A DNA stretch of 63,093 nt from Ignisphaera sp. (GTDB taxonomy: Archaea > Thermoproteota > Thermoprotei_A > Sulfolobales > Ignisphaeraceae), in contig JAWBDT010000010.1 in NCBI GenBank assembly GCA_038821645.1, positions 1 through 63,093 of the forward strand. The letters run 5' to 3'. Below the pieces are notes generated by a model. It was not told where the DNA came from and did no database searches. It saw only the letters and a program-made list of their open reading frames with translations. Shown piece by piece: positions 29,893-40,488 of this stretch. The first letter of the stretch is position 1. Each line of letters starts with the position of its first letter. Position numbers and translations under genes: made by a program.

Positions 29893-31212
29893 ATGAAGAA
29901 CCTATTAAGCATATATAGAGTTATAAATGATCCTATATATGGGTATATAAAGATCTATAACCATGAAGCATCTATACTAGAGAGTGAAGCTTTTCAAAGA
30001 CTCAGAAGAATCAAACACCTTGGTGTTACAGATTATGTGTATCCTGGAGCTACATACACCACTTTTCTTCACAGTATTGGTGTAGCTCATGTAGTCGAGA
30101 ACATGGTTAAAGAGATTCTAGTTAAAGCTGATGTAAGTTACAATGATATTGAAAGATACATTGTTCTCCTCAGATTAATATTACTTTTACACGATATTGG
30201 TTACGGACCTTACACATACATATTTGAAGAAGCTATTCTAGAGCCTCGTCAATTGACACATGAGGATATGGGAGCCAGAATTGTTGATGAATTCAATGAG
30301 ATTTCAGTTGGTATAGAGAAGGTTTTAAGGAATTACGGATATACATATAAGCATATCATTCAAGCTATAAACAGTAGAAACATAGATAATTGGCCTTTTA
30401 GATCTCAGATAAATAGTGAAATTAACGAAAGAGTATTGTTTCATTTTGTCAAAGGAGCTTTTAGTGCTAATGTCATAGATCGTGTCTTAAGAGACTCGTA
30501 TTATACAGGAATAACACATTCAGTAATAGACTGGCACAAACTACTACATTATATGATTGTATATGAAGATAAAGTTGTATTCGATAGTAGAGCTACAGAT
30601 GTGTTAGAGCAAATATTAGCAACAAGAATGAAGTTATTACTACATGTCTACTACGATTCTGAGGTAAGGAATACATCAATATTTTGTAAAAATGTGTTGA
30701 AGAAATTAGATCAAGAAAGACTCATGGATTTTGATGCCATAGTAAGAGATGTTTATAAGTACTTAACTTTAGATGATTATACAATTTTCTCTATAGAAAA
30801 TGTGAGATATGTGAAAGATATTAGGAGTTTTATCTATGGAAGAAACCCTTATGTCGTTTTTATCGAGTATTATGTACCTCGAGAGAAGTACTTCAAGACA
30901 GAGATAGATATAAATAAAGTTAAACAAATCGTGGTAGAACATATTAGAGATTGTGGAGTTGAAGTAGATGTAGATACTGATCTTTTTATCGATGTTTCGA
31001 ATCATTTAATGAAACTATTATTCAAAGAATATGAGATCTTGATCAGATATAGAGATGGCTCTATAATCAAAACGAAGATCCATGATTTTCTACCTATATT
31101 ATTCAGTCATAAAGTAGTAGCCTTTAGAGTATATATTAAGAGAACTTTGAGTGATAAGATATGTAACATGAGGTACAGAATCATTTCCTCTATAGATAAC
31201 GAGATAATGTAA
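29893..31212 (+). CDS. HD-domain dNTPase family protein (SAMHD1-like, degenerate)
   Basis: DPIYG, FQRLRRIK.LG, YPGA, HS.G, HDIG. Confidence 0.88.
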   Translation: MKNLLSIYRVINDPIYGYIKIYNHEASILESEAFQRLRRIKHLGVTDYVYPGATYTTFLHSIGVAHVVENMVKEILVKADVSYNDIERYIVLLRLILLLHDIGYGPYTYIFEEAILEPRQLTHEDMGARIVDEFNEISVGIEKVLRNYGYTYKHIIQAINSRNIDNWPFRSQINSEINERVLFHFVKGAFSANVIDRVLRDSYYTGITHSVIDWHKLLHYMIVYEDKVVFDSRATDVLEQILATRMKLLLHVYYDSEVRNTSIFCKNVLKKLDQERLMDFDAIVRDVYKYLTLDDYTIFSIENVRYVKDIRSFIYGRNPYVVFIEYYVPREKYFKTEIDINKVKQIVVEHIRDCGVEVDVDTDLFIDVSNHLMKLLFKEYEILIRYRDGSIIKTKIHDFLPILFSHKVVAFRVYIKRTLSDKICNMRYRIISSIDNEIM

Positions 31213-31215
31213 GGC

Positions 31216-31860
31216 TTAGTGAATAAGCTCGATATACATATGCACAATTTTAGTGAGACTTTCTATTGGCAACCGTATTACTCTCAATAAAGCCATGTCA
31301 TAGATATATACATATTTAATCGTCCAGTTCTTTAGATACATGATCGAGTTATAATCTATAGCATAGAATTTTCTAGCTATAGTTACGACTCTCTCAAGCT
31401 CCTCTTCTGATCTTTCTTCTGGTTTTTTCAAAAGTTCTAGAGGAATTAGTGGCACTACACCATAGGGATATGCAAAAGTTAGTGAAATTGATTCCTCCTT
31501 TGCTATCTGTAGAATTTTCTTTATATGTCTAGCTATAATGTAGTGGTATCCATCTAGAATGTACTCGACAGGTATTGAGTGAGTTTCTATCTCTATACAT
31601 ATCCTTCTTGATTTGCTTTCAGCATAAACATCACATTTTGTTGACCCTATAGTCTCTTCTATAGATATGTAATTGTATCCTTCATTCTTAACGTATGAAT
31701 ATATAAGTACTTCTGCAAGAATATGTGTTACTGATACCCCCTTATCTATCAACTTCATAGCTTTATAGATAACTCCATCTGTACTCTCTATACCCAATCG
31801 ATTAGACATCATCAACAACAATGAGTATAGATCCAGCGTCTCTATCATCGTGATCCACAT
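31216..31860 (-). CDS. conserved archaeal PD-(D/E)XK-like protein
   Basis: CDVYA...IEIET motif. Confidence 0.55.
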   Translation of the reverse strand: MWITMIETLDLYSLLLMMSNRLGIESTDGVIYKAMKLIDKGVSVTHILAEVLIYSYVKNEGYNYISIEETIGSTKCDVYAESKSRRICIEIETHSIPVEYILDGYHYIIARHIKKILQIAKEESISLTFAYPYGVVPLIPLELLKKPEERSEEELERVVTIARKFYAIDYNSIMYLKNWTIKYVYIYDMALLRVIRLPIESLTKIVHMYIELIH

Positions 31861-31940
31861 AACTGTCCTTAAAGCTTATAGCTAGCTAGGTATATAGCTT
31901 TAGTAAAATATATCCTTAAATCATAGATGGGTAACATAAA

Positions 31941-32798
31941 GTGGATACGATAATAGCCTATTACGTTGACGATCCTGCAGGCAGAGGGATAATTAAGTAC
32001 ATAATTGACTTTGCTAAATGCTTAGAAGATAGTACCTTAAACAGCAACACTAAAGAGCTTAAGGAACGATATATTTGTAAAAATGACAACATTTCTCTAC
32101 TTGGATTCAGTATCGATGTTATATATCTTGAAGTACTCAACAATTTCTCTAGTGCAGAATATTACGTGATAGTCTCACGACATAGCGCAAAATCCGGGAA
32201 ACCTAGTTTAACTACTCATACACCTGGAAACCCCTGGGGAAGAAGTGATTTTGGTGGAAGACCTTGGGAAATACCTCCATCAAATCCTATTTTGATGTGG
32301 TACATCATTAAAGGACTGAATAAGTATAGTATAGAATTCGGGTTAGAAAATAAGTATGAAGTATGTTATGAAGTTACTCACCATGGACCTACATCTATAA
32401 ATAAACCGGTAACATTTGTAGAGCTTGGAAGTAGTGAAAAAGAATGGACCAATACCAATGCTCAAGAGGCTATAGCTATGGCCATTCTAGAGGCTATTAA
32501 AGAATTCAGAACCAGAAGAACTGAAAATGAATGCACGATATCTGTAGGATTTGGTGGATCACATTATGCTCCAATCTTTACTAAGAGAGCTTTTGAAGAA
32601 AATGAATGCTATGGTCATATGATACCGAACTATGTGATAAAAGAGTTAAAGTTAGAGGAGCTAAAGTTTATAGCTAGAAAAGCTATAGAACTTACACCAG
32701 GAAGTAAGAGAATTGTAATTGAGAAGATGAGGAAAGAAATGAGAGAAATTATAGAGGAAGAAGCAGATAGGCGTAATCTTGAGATAGTTAGGTACTAG
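31941..32798 (+). CDS. dtdA: D-aminoacyl-tRNA deacylase
   Basis: SRH, HTPGN, EVTHHGP, FVELGS, GGSHY. Confidence 0.95.
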   Translation: MDTIIAYYVDDPAGRGIIKYIIDFAKCLEDSTLNSNTKELKERYICKNDNISLLGFSIDVIYLEVLNNFSSAEYYVIVSRHSAKSGKPSLTTHTPGNPWGRSDFGGRPWEIPPSNPILMWYIIKGLNKYSIEFGLENKYEVCYEVTHHGPTSINKPVTFVELGSSEKEWTNTNAQEAIAMAILEAIKEFRTRRTENECTISVGFGGSHYAPIFTKRAFEENECYGHMIPNYVIKELKLEELKFIARKAIELTPGSKRIVIEKMRKEMREIIEEEADRRNLEIVRY

Positions 32799-33001
32799 AA
32801 TACAATCTTCTTTGGATAAGAGTTAATAAATATGTGCTATACTATTATGATTTGAAATACAAAGTCTAAGTCATATAATAGGGTCAGTTGTTACAGTATT
32901 TAAACAGTATTTAAAATTGTAGAGTTTCACGATATATGAGAGATATTTCATGAATACTCACTCTATTAAAGTTCTAGTAACAAGTTTCTTGACCAATGCT
33001 T

Positions 33002-34267
33002 CTAAATATCTATAGTTTCACCGTTTTTAGGAGCATAAAATTCTATTCCAAGCTCTTCACGTATCCTATAACCAATCGTATATATAGCATCTTCAGATCC
33101 ATGTACTAGAATAACTTTTTCGATATTTTTTACAGACTTAATTATATTCACCAGTTCTTCGGATCCAGCATGACTTGAAAAATCGAACCAGAACACCTTT
33201 GCATTTACGGGTTGTCCATTTTCTTCAAGACTACCATCCACAAGAAGTTTTCTTCCAGGTGTAGTAGTAGCTTGAAAACTAACCAATATTACGGCATTTC
33301 TACTATTGAAGCCAAGTCTCTTAATGTAGTATACAGCTGGTCCTCCCTTCAGCATACCAGCTGGTGCAACAATTATGTTGCCTGGTTCACTACATATTTT
33401 CTTCCTTATCTGAGATGATCTAACTGATTCAAATAGTGTATAAGCTTTTCTAAGTAGGTCAATACGATTTATATATTCTTTTTGTTCAAGATATAGCATC
33501 ATTATTTCACGCGCCATACCATCATAATATACATTTGCATAAGGCATTCTATCAGCTAAAACAGCTAGAATCTCTTGAGCTCTACCTAACGAAAATGATG
33601 GTATTAGTACACTACCTCCATCGTCTAGAACGCTCTTTATTGTTTCAACAAATTTTTCTTCAACTCTGTGGCGTGGAGGATGATTGAACATACCATATGT
33701 AGATTCCATAATAACTATATCAGCATTCATATTCGTTAGATCTACACCTTTCACCAATTTCGTATCTATTGTATTTATATCACCTGTATAGATGATTGTC
33801 TTACTTTTTGTATGAATTCTAAACATAGCGCTTCCAGGTATATGTCCAGCATTAAGTAACTCGATACTTATTCCATTAAGTTCAACTGTTTCACTAATTC
33901 CTACAGTTTTCGAGTTTTCCAACATTGTTGCAAGTTCTGGATATTCAAAAGGTAAGTAGTATCCTGAGAGCCTTAGCATATCTTCTATCATTAATTTTCC
34001 TGTAGCAAGAGTAAGATTTGTAGCTATAAGTAAAGGTTTTGCTGAAACATATAGAAGTGGAGTTGCACCTATATGATCCAGATGAGCATGACTTACTAGT
34101 ACTGCCTTTAGTTGTGAAGGTGCTACTGATAATGGAAATACTGGTTTATCATATTCATCAAATGATATACCATAGTCTAGAAGCAGAGAACTAGAGTCCT
34201 CTGCTTCAGAAAGCAATATAGCTGTTCTTCCAACCTCTCTTCCAGCACCTAGTACCGTTATTTTCAA
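33002..34267 (-). CDS. beta-CASP metallo-beta-lactamase ribonuclease (aCPSF2-like)
   Basis: GAGREVGR, SHAHLDH, AGHIPGS, ESTYG, FSSHA, LVHG. Confidence 0.92.
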   Translation of the reverse strand: MKITVLGAGREVGRTAILLSEAEDSSSLLLDYGISFDEYDKPVFPLSVAPSQLKAVLVSHAHLDHIGATPLLYVSAKPLLIATNLTLATGKLMIEDMLRLSGYYLPFEYPELATMLENSKTVGISETVELNGISIELLNAGHIPGSAMFRIHTKSKTIIYTGDINTIDTKLVKGVDLTNMNADIVIMESTYGMFNHPPRHRVEEKFVETIKSVLDDGGSVLIPSFSLGRAQEILAVLADRMPYANVYYDGMAREIMMLYLEQKEYINRIDLLRKAYTLFESVRSSQIRKKICSEPGNIIVAPAGMLKGGPAVYYIKRLGFNSRNAVILVSFQATTTPGRKLLVDGSLEENGQPVNAKVFWFDFSSHAGSEELVNIIKSVKNIEKVILVHGSEDAIYTIGYRIREELGIEFYAPKNGETIDI

Positions 34268-34396
34268 GTTACAACATCCTCTACTACTGTATCAACAATA
34301 TCCTCAATACCTATAAACTCTTTTTCAGGATTTTAAGCCAAAATGACCCTAGAATATGTACAACCTACTGATCATAGCATAATTATTGATATAATC

Positions 34397-34888
34397 TTAC
34401 TGATTTATGTCACAATTCTTAGAATTGGATTCCAACTGTGTATTGAGTATTTCTATTATTTCTAAAACTTTTTTGCTTAGTACCTCCACTACATGATTGG
34501 GTATCACAACGTTTTTCTCCCAAAGTATTTGTACAACACTTATGAGTTTATCTATATTGAGTCTATTTATTATATTAAACATTGTTCTAATTTTTCCGAT
34601 AGTATCGTATATTTCCTGCTTTTTGGTGTAAACATAGTCTACACCTTTGCTTGTAAGTTCATACACCCTCTTCCTACCTTCGTTGTGTGAGATCAAGAAA
34701 CCCTCTTTTTCAAGTTCATGAAGAGTTGGATAAAGTATCCCATTGCTTGGAACATATTTTAAGTTGAATAATTTAGCTATATACTGTCTCAATTCATAGC
34801 CATGAGCTCTACCTAATTCAAAGATAGAATACAAAATAACATACTTAAGAGCGCCTTTGATCTTGACTAGAGTTATGCTATCAAGCAT
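34397..34888 (-). CDS. PadR-family transcriptional regulator
   Basis: HGYEL, G.LYPTL..LE, RKRVYELT..G. Confidence 0.92.
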   Translation of the reverse strand: MLDSITLVKIKGALKYVILYSIFELGRAHGYELRQYIAKLFNLKYVPSNGILYPTLHELEKEGFLISHNEGRKRVYELTSKGVDYVYTKKQEIYDTIGKIRTMFNIINRLNIDKLISVVQILWEKNVVIPNHVVEVLSKKVLEIIEILNTQLESNSKNCDINQ

Positions 34889-34970
34889 TATTCTACAACC
34901 GTAAGAATTATCTGTAGCGATAACTTAATTAATTTTTGAGTACTTTTATATGCTATAGGTCTAGATTATT

Positions 34971-35687
34971 ATGAATGAAGTAGTGATAGCAAAAGATCTC
35001 GTTAAGGTCTACAAGGTTGGTAGCAATTATGTTTATGGACTTCGCGGCATAAATATGGTGATACGAAGAGGAGAATTTATAGCAATAATGGGTCCATCGG
35101 GATCAGGTAAAACAACTCTATTGAATATGCTAGGACTTCTTGATAAACCATCTTCAGGTAAGCTACTTCTTGACGGAATAGATGTAGTTAAGCTTAATTC
35201 TCATGAAATAGCTAAGATAAGGAATACAAAAATAGGATTTGTTTTTCAATTCTTTAACCTTGTAAATAGATTAACTGTACTAGAAAACATAGAGTTACCC
35301 TTAATTGCTAGAGGTATCCCTAGATCGAAGAGAGTTGAATTAGCTAAAGATGCTTTACTAAAAGTTGGAGGAGAACTCAGCTGGTTATATAAAAAACCTC
35401 AACAACTTTCTGGAGGACAACAACAAAGAGTTGCTATAGCTAGAGCTATTGTTGGTAATCCAGAGATACTGTTAGCTGATGAACCTACAGGTAATCTAGA
35501 TAGAGCTAGTGCTAAGGTTGTAATTAAAACATTTACAGAATTGAACAATGAAGGTAAAACAATAGCTATTGTTACTCACGATCCTGAAGTAGCAAACTGT
35601 ACTAATATAATCTACATTATTAGGGATGGTACTATTGTTGATGTTAGAGAACCTCAAAGAGATAAATGTTTATTGTATACCGCATAG
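34971..35687 (+). CDS. ABC ATP-binding protein (LolD/MacB type)
   Basis: [38 protein letters not shown]. Confidence 0.95.
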   Translation: MNEVVIAKDLVKVYKVGSNYVYGLRGINMVIRRGEFIAIMGPSGSGKTTLLNMLGLLDKPSSGKLLLDGIDVVKLNSHEIAKIRNTKIGFVFQFFNLVNRLTVLENIELPLIARGIPRSKRVELAKDALLKVGGELSWLYKKPQQLSGGQQQRVAIARAIVGNPEILLADEPTGNLDRASAKVVIKTFTELNNEGKTIAIVTHDPEVANCTNIIYIIRDGTIVDVREPQRDKCLLYTA

Positions 35688-35748
35688 TTCAGGATTCTTC
35701 ACATAAACACTTATAAGCTCCCGCAAATACTGTGTCTCCAGACATATT

Positions 35749-38700
35749 ATGGTGTCTGTGATGTATTCGATATCTATTAATAGAATAATCGTCTTTTTAG
35801 CTACATTACTACTACTGATTCTACCAATTATAGGAAGGATGTTTGCACAGAACATCCAGGGAAACGATTTCATTCTCTACAGCTATAGCTACAAGTCCTC
35901 TGCAAATGAACCATACATATACCCAGGCAGTAAGTATGTTGAATTATCAATAGATGTTATAAATACTAACAACAAAAGGCTATATGTGTATGGAGCGTGC
36001 ATAACCTTACCACAAGGATTTACTATTTCACGAGGATATACATCGTGTTCAGCAGCTCGTAATCCAAATGGTTCAACCATCTATATAGTTGATCCAGGAG
36101 GTGTTGTATCCTTTCGATACTACATAGATGTATCTAAAGATGTTGTGCCTGGTTATTATTCATTATCTATAAACATTAGATATAATGATGATGTAAATGT
36201 TTATGAACAAACAATAGATAGAATAACTATAGCAATCTCTAGTTATCCTTCGCCTAGTATAGAGGTTATTAACTGGTATTGGAGTCCTGATGCTTATCCT
36301 GGCTCAGAAAACATATACCTGTATATAGTTTTGAGGAATAGCGGTAACGTGGATATAGTAGAAGGATATGGTAGTATAGAACTGCCCGCTCAAGTGTTTA
36401 GACCCTCTAGAAGAACAATAACATTAAACAACTTAAACAGAGATATGTCTGCATCTATATCTGTAGGTCCTCTCTCCATCTACTCTTACGCAGATCAGGG
36501 CCCTTACAAAGCTAGACTTAATCTAAATGCTACAATGAGAACTCCTGATGGTGTGTTCTATGGAAGTACTATAATGATTGAATTTCAAGTTACTTTATCC
36601 CCTTCCCCATATACTTATATAACTGTTGTTGATTATGGTTTTGCTGATACTAAGGTATTCCAAGGATCAACAAGAACCAGATTCTATGTAACTATACTTA
36701 ATCAGGATTTCGCTACAATTAGGAGTATTGTAGCATACTTCACACTTACTTCATGTGGAACATTTATCAATAACTCAAGGCAATCTGTATACATACTGGA
36801 GACTCCTCTAAACTACGGTGCTACAGCTACACTTTATTCAGATTACATAAACATAGATTATAGATGTAGATATATTGAATTATCCCTTAGTCTGAATATT
36901 TTCGGTGATATAAATGGAGCTGAATTTTGGTCTACTCAAAGATACACCTTTAGCATTCCTCTAGAGATCCCCACTATTAATATAAATGTTGTAGAGACCT
37001 ATTGGAGCGGTAGCTATGCTTATCCTGGTACAAAAGACGCTAATCTTGTTATTGTTTTAGAGAACCTTGATGTTGTTAATGTTAGAAATGCTATTGTGAA
37101 ACTAGATCTAGATCCAAAAATATTTTATCCATCTACACTAGTTTTATCAAATATAGATATAGCTTCAGGTAGTAGATCTACACTCATCTTCAGATCCATA
37201 TCTGTATCTACTCAAGCTTCTCCAGGTCTATATGTCGCCTATGTAATGGTGTCGGGTATAGCTACAACACCAATAGGCTCTTTCTTTAGAACTAATCTAA
37301 CATTAAGGACTCTTATCGAGATAAAGAAACCTGAATCAGAGAACATTGTAGAGATTGTAAGATACAGCTGGTCTACAGGAAAAGCCTATGTATCTATGGT
37401 CAATACAGGGATACATGTAGATATAAGGGTATGTAATCCATTCTACATGGTAGAAAATCCTGTTGCAATACTTCATCTACCTCCAGGCTTTGTTTCTAGG
37501 GACAGTAACAGAAAGATAACAATATCTCTTACTGGAAGATATAGCTATGGACAAGTCATACCAATTCAATTCCAAGGTATTGATATAATGGTTACAGAAG
37601 CTGGACTTTACCCAATAATTCTAGAACTCAACACATTAGTGATAGATAGTTCTGACTCTGAATTCTGGTTCAATAAAACCATGACCTTCATGATGTATGT
37701 ACATAAATCCTCTCTCAATATCACCATAATAGATTCTGGATGGATTAGCGATATCGTTACAAGTTCAACCTATGGTGCTTCAGTCTACGTAACTCTACAA
37801 TCATATTCTATAGATACCATAACGAGTATTACTGCTTCACTAGGTGTAGACCCTAGAGTAGCTATAGCTTTGGGTAAGAATGGTGTAGTTTCATATACTT
37901 CCCGCATCATTAACTATGGCGATATCGTTACCTTAACCTTTGATGGAATTGACATAATTTGTAGAGACTGTGTTGATGTGGATATGTATGTAAACATATC
38001 CGTTGTTAAGTCTATAGGTTCTTCATACTATACAGCTAGAGATAGCTATAGATTTAAGCTAAGATTAGTGAAAGAGCTAAGTTCTTTCAAAGTAGTATCC
38101 CTCAATACTTACTATAGCGGTAATCCAGCACCCATACTACCTTCTGCACGAAACCTCTACATTAGTATTGATATAGCTAATGTAAGACCTTATGATATAT
38201 CATGGATAAAACCTGAAATAATACATATAACCAGCAACATGATTAGAATCAATAGTATAGGTGGTTCATGCTTAAGTGGTGTAGCTCGTGGAGGTGTGTG
38301 CACTCTAGCACTAAATATAGATGTAGATGAACGTATACAGCCAGGGAAACACACCATAATCTTGAACCTTACATATGCGCTATACATAAGGAATACTGTT
38401 ATTGTCTCTAGCGAAATAATTGATATACCTCTAGCTGTAGCCGATTATAGCTACTATAGACCCTACATAAGACCTTCGACATGGTACTGGGGTATTCAAA
38501 CACCAATACGTGCTTTACCAGGTCAACGAAATGTACCTCTAACAATTGTCTTTATTAATAATGGTAGATATAGAGTTGATGATGTAGAGGTACAAGTAAC
38601 ATCTTTAACTAACTTTGCTACAGCTATTATAAATAGAAGTTTATGTGCAGCTACTCTACTACCTACAGCCTACTGTTCAGTCACATTCTATATAGATTTA

Positions 38701-40488
38701 GCTGAATCTGTAAATGAATCTATACCCTTTGATGTAGTTATCCAGTACGTATTTAGTGAGTATGGAACACATATAGTTGATAGAGATTTGTACACAATAT
38801 ACATGAATGTAGATATATTTGCAGGAGGTAGAGGACTAAATCTTGTGGATCATTATTGGATTAACAACTGGCCTGTATATCCGGCCACAGAAAACGCAAC
38901 ATATGTAGTAAGATTGTATAATAGTTGGCCTTATCGTGTCTCAAGTATTTCAGCTAAGTTATTATTGCCAAAAGGTTTCTCATCACGTGGTTTACCCTAT
39001 GCCTATAGCTATGTATCTGGACCTATACAGAGTTTCCAACAAGTAGATCTATCCTTCACCATATCTATAGACGAAGAAATCGAGCCGGGTAGATATTGGG
39101 CTAAACTAGCTGTAGAGTATATTGTTGAAAGTGGTTTACCTTATATGAGAGTTGAAGATGTTTTCTATATATATCTACAAGTGAATGATATATCTAGTTC
39201 TGTTTCATTACTTTTCATTCAATGGCTTGATTCAGTACCTGAACCTAGAACCTATGGAGCTATTCTAGGGATAGGGATTAGAAACAATTATGTACCTGTA
39301 ATGAGGGGACCTGTACTAGAGGTATACACACCATCAAATATTCTATGCTCAGATACTAATACCTCATACACTTCTGTAATAGCAACAAGAGTTTCACCAG
39401 ATATGATAAGGTCAATGACATTAGCATCTACATTGCGTCTTCAGTACGGATCTTTACAAGAATACATTAGCCGGTTAATTAAAGAATACACTAATGTAGA
39501 GCAGTATAGCTATGGCGACATACTGTACTTCTACTTGAAGCTTAACTTGTTAGTCGATGCTCCAGGAACATATATAGCTAGAGGTTATGTTAATTTCATA
39601 GATCAGTGGAATAATGTTAGAAAGATACCTATAGATATACCTATACATGTCATTGGATCGATTAAGGTTATCGATATAACCGTTCTTCAGCCTATAAAGA
39701 TCAAGAACGGTAGTGCAACAATAACTATAGGGCTCATGAATATAGGCTCTGCACCAATATACAACGTGTATGTCTATTTAATTCCACAAACACCTCTACT
39801 TATACCAAGTGGTGGTCTAAGATATGTAGATACCTTAAGACCAAATATAACAGAGTATATATCGTTCCAGTTAGTTTATAATCCTATGGCGCTTTTCTCA
39901 GGAACCGCTATGCAAGCTGTAAGATACACAACAGCTGTGTTTATGTTAACTATTCTTTATCGAGATGCCTCAGGATACATTAGATATGTTAATACATCAG
40001 TAGCATCACTTATAGAGCCTTTCATTGATCTCGAGATAGTTAATATAAAGGCTAGTGGTGTAGGTAATACTTTAACTGTTTCAGGAACTATTGTTAACTA
40101 TGGCTTAGCTACTGCACGAAATGTTGAAGTAGCTGTACTAGAAGAGAGTAGGGTATTGGGTAGGAGCTTTCTTGGTGATCTAGATCCTGCATCACAATAC
40201 GCATTTAGAGTTGAAGCTTCAGTTGATAGACCAATATCACCACTAATTCTAAGAATAAGCTATAGAGATGAATATGGTATATCAAGATATGTAGAACTGC
40301 CTATAGCTGTATCTTATGAACAAAGATCTGTAGCTTCTACAGCAAGAGTAAACCAAGAGCAGATACCGCTAATGACACATTATATCATAATAACTCTTGT
40401 AGCTTTATTTTTAGCATCCATAGGATTGATATTGTATAGATACGTTAGAAAACATATTCATAAACTTAGTGAAAGAATTGAGGTATAA
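35749..40488 (+). CDS. large membrane-anchored surface protein with repeated Ig-like (COG1361-like) domains
   Basis: N-terminal signal/TM, about 10 repeats of YW...YPG..N..L.I.L.N, C-terminal TM and basic tail. Confidence 0.8.
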   Translation: MVSVMYSISINRIIVFLATLLLLILPIIGRMFAQNIQGNDFILYSYSYKSSANEPYIYPGSKYVELSIDVINTNNKRLYVYGACITLPQGFTISRGYTSCSAARNPNGSTIYIVDPGGVVSFRYYIDVSKDVVPGYYSLSINIRYNDDVNVYEQTIDRITIAISSYPSPSIEVINWYWSPDAYPGSENIYLYIVLRNSGNVDIVEGYGSIELPAQVFRPSRRTITLNNLNRDMSASISVGPLSIYSYADQGPYKARLNLNATMRTPDGVFYGSTIMIEFQVTLSPSPYTYITVVDYGFADTKVFQGSTRTRFYVTILNQDFATIRSIVAYFTLTSCGTFINNSRQSVYILETPLNYGATATLYSDYINIDYRCRYIELSLSLNIFGDINGAEFWSTQRYTFSIPLEIPTININVVETYWSGSYAYPGTKDANLVIVLENLDVVNVRNAIVKLDLDPKIFYPSTLVLSNIDIASGSRSTLIFRSISVSTQASPGLYVAYVMVSGIATTPIGSFFRTNLTLRTLIEIKKPESENIVEIVRYSWSTGKAYVSMVNTGIHVDIRVCNPFYMVENPVAILHLPPGFVSRDSNRKITISLTGRYSYGQVIPIQFQGIDIMVTEAGLYPIILELNTLVIDSSDSEFWFNKTMTFMMYVHKSSLNITIIDSGWISDIVTSSTYGASVYVTLQSYSIDTITSITASLGVDPRVAIALGKNGVVSYTSRIINYGDIVTLTFDGIDIICRDCVDVDMYVNISVVKSIGSSYYTARDSYRFKLRLVKELSSFKVVSLNTYYSGNPAPILPSARNLYISIDIANVRPYDISWIKPEIIHITSNMIRINSIGGSCLSGVARGGVCTLALNIDVDERIQPGKHTIILNLTYALYIRNTVIVSSEIIDIPLAVADYSYYRPYIRPSTWYWGIQTPIRALPGQRNVPLTIVFINNGRYRVDDVEVQVTSLTNFATAIINRSLCAATLLPTAYCSVTFYIDLAESVNESIPFDVVIQYVFSEYGTHIVDRDLYTIYMNVDIFAGGRGLNLVDHYWINNWPVYPATENATYVVRLYNSWPYRVSSISAKLLLPKGFSSRGLPYAYSYVSGPIQSFQQVDLSFTISIDEEIEPGRYWAKLAVEYIVESGLPYMRVEDVFYIYLQVNDISSSVSLLFIQWLDSVPEPRTYGAILGIGIRNNYVPVMRGPVLEVYTPSNILCSDTNTSYTSVIATRVSPDMIRSMTLASTLRLQYGSLQEYISRLIKEYTNVEQYSYGDILYFYLKLNLLVDAPGTYIARGYVNFIDQWNNVRKIPIDIPIHVIGSIKVIDITVLQPIKIKNGSATITIGLMNIGSAPIYNVYVYLIPQTPLLIPSGGLRYVDTLRPNITEYISFQLVYNPMALFSGTAMQAVRYTTAVFMLTILYRDASGYIRYVNTSVASLIEPFIDLEIVNIKASGVGNTLTVSGTIVNYGLATARNVEVAVLEESRVLGRSFLGDLDPASQYAFRVEASVDRPISPLILRISYRDEYGISRYVELPIAVSYEQRSVASTARVNQEQIPLMTHYIIITLVALFLASIGLILYRYVRKHIHKLSERIEV

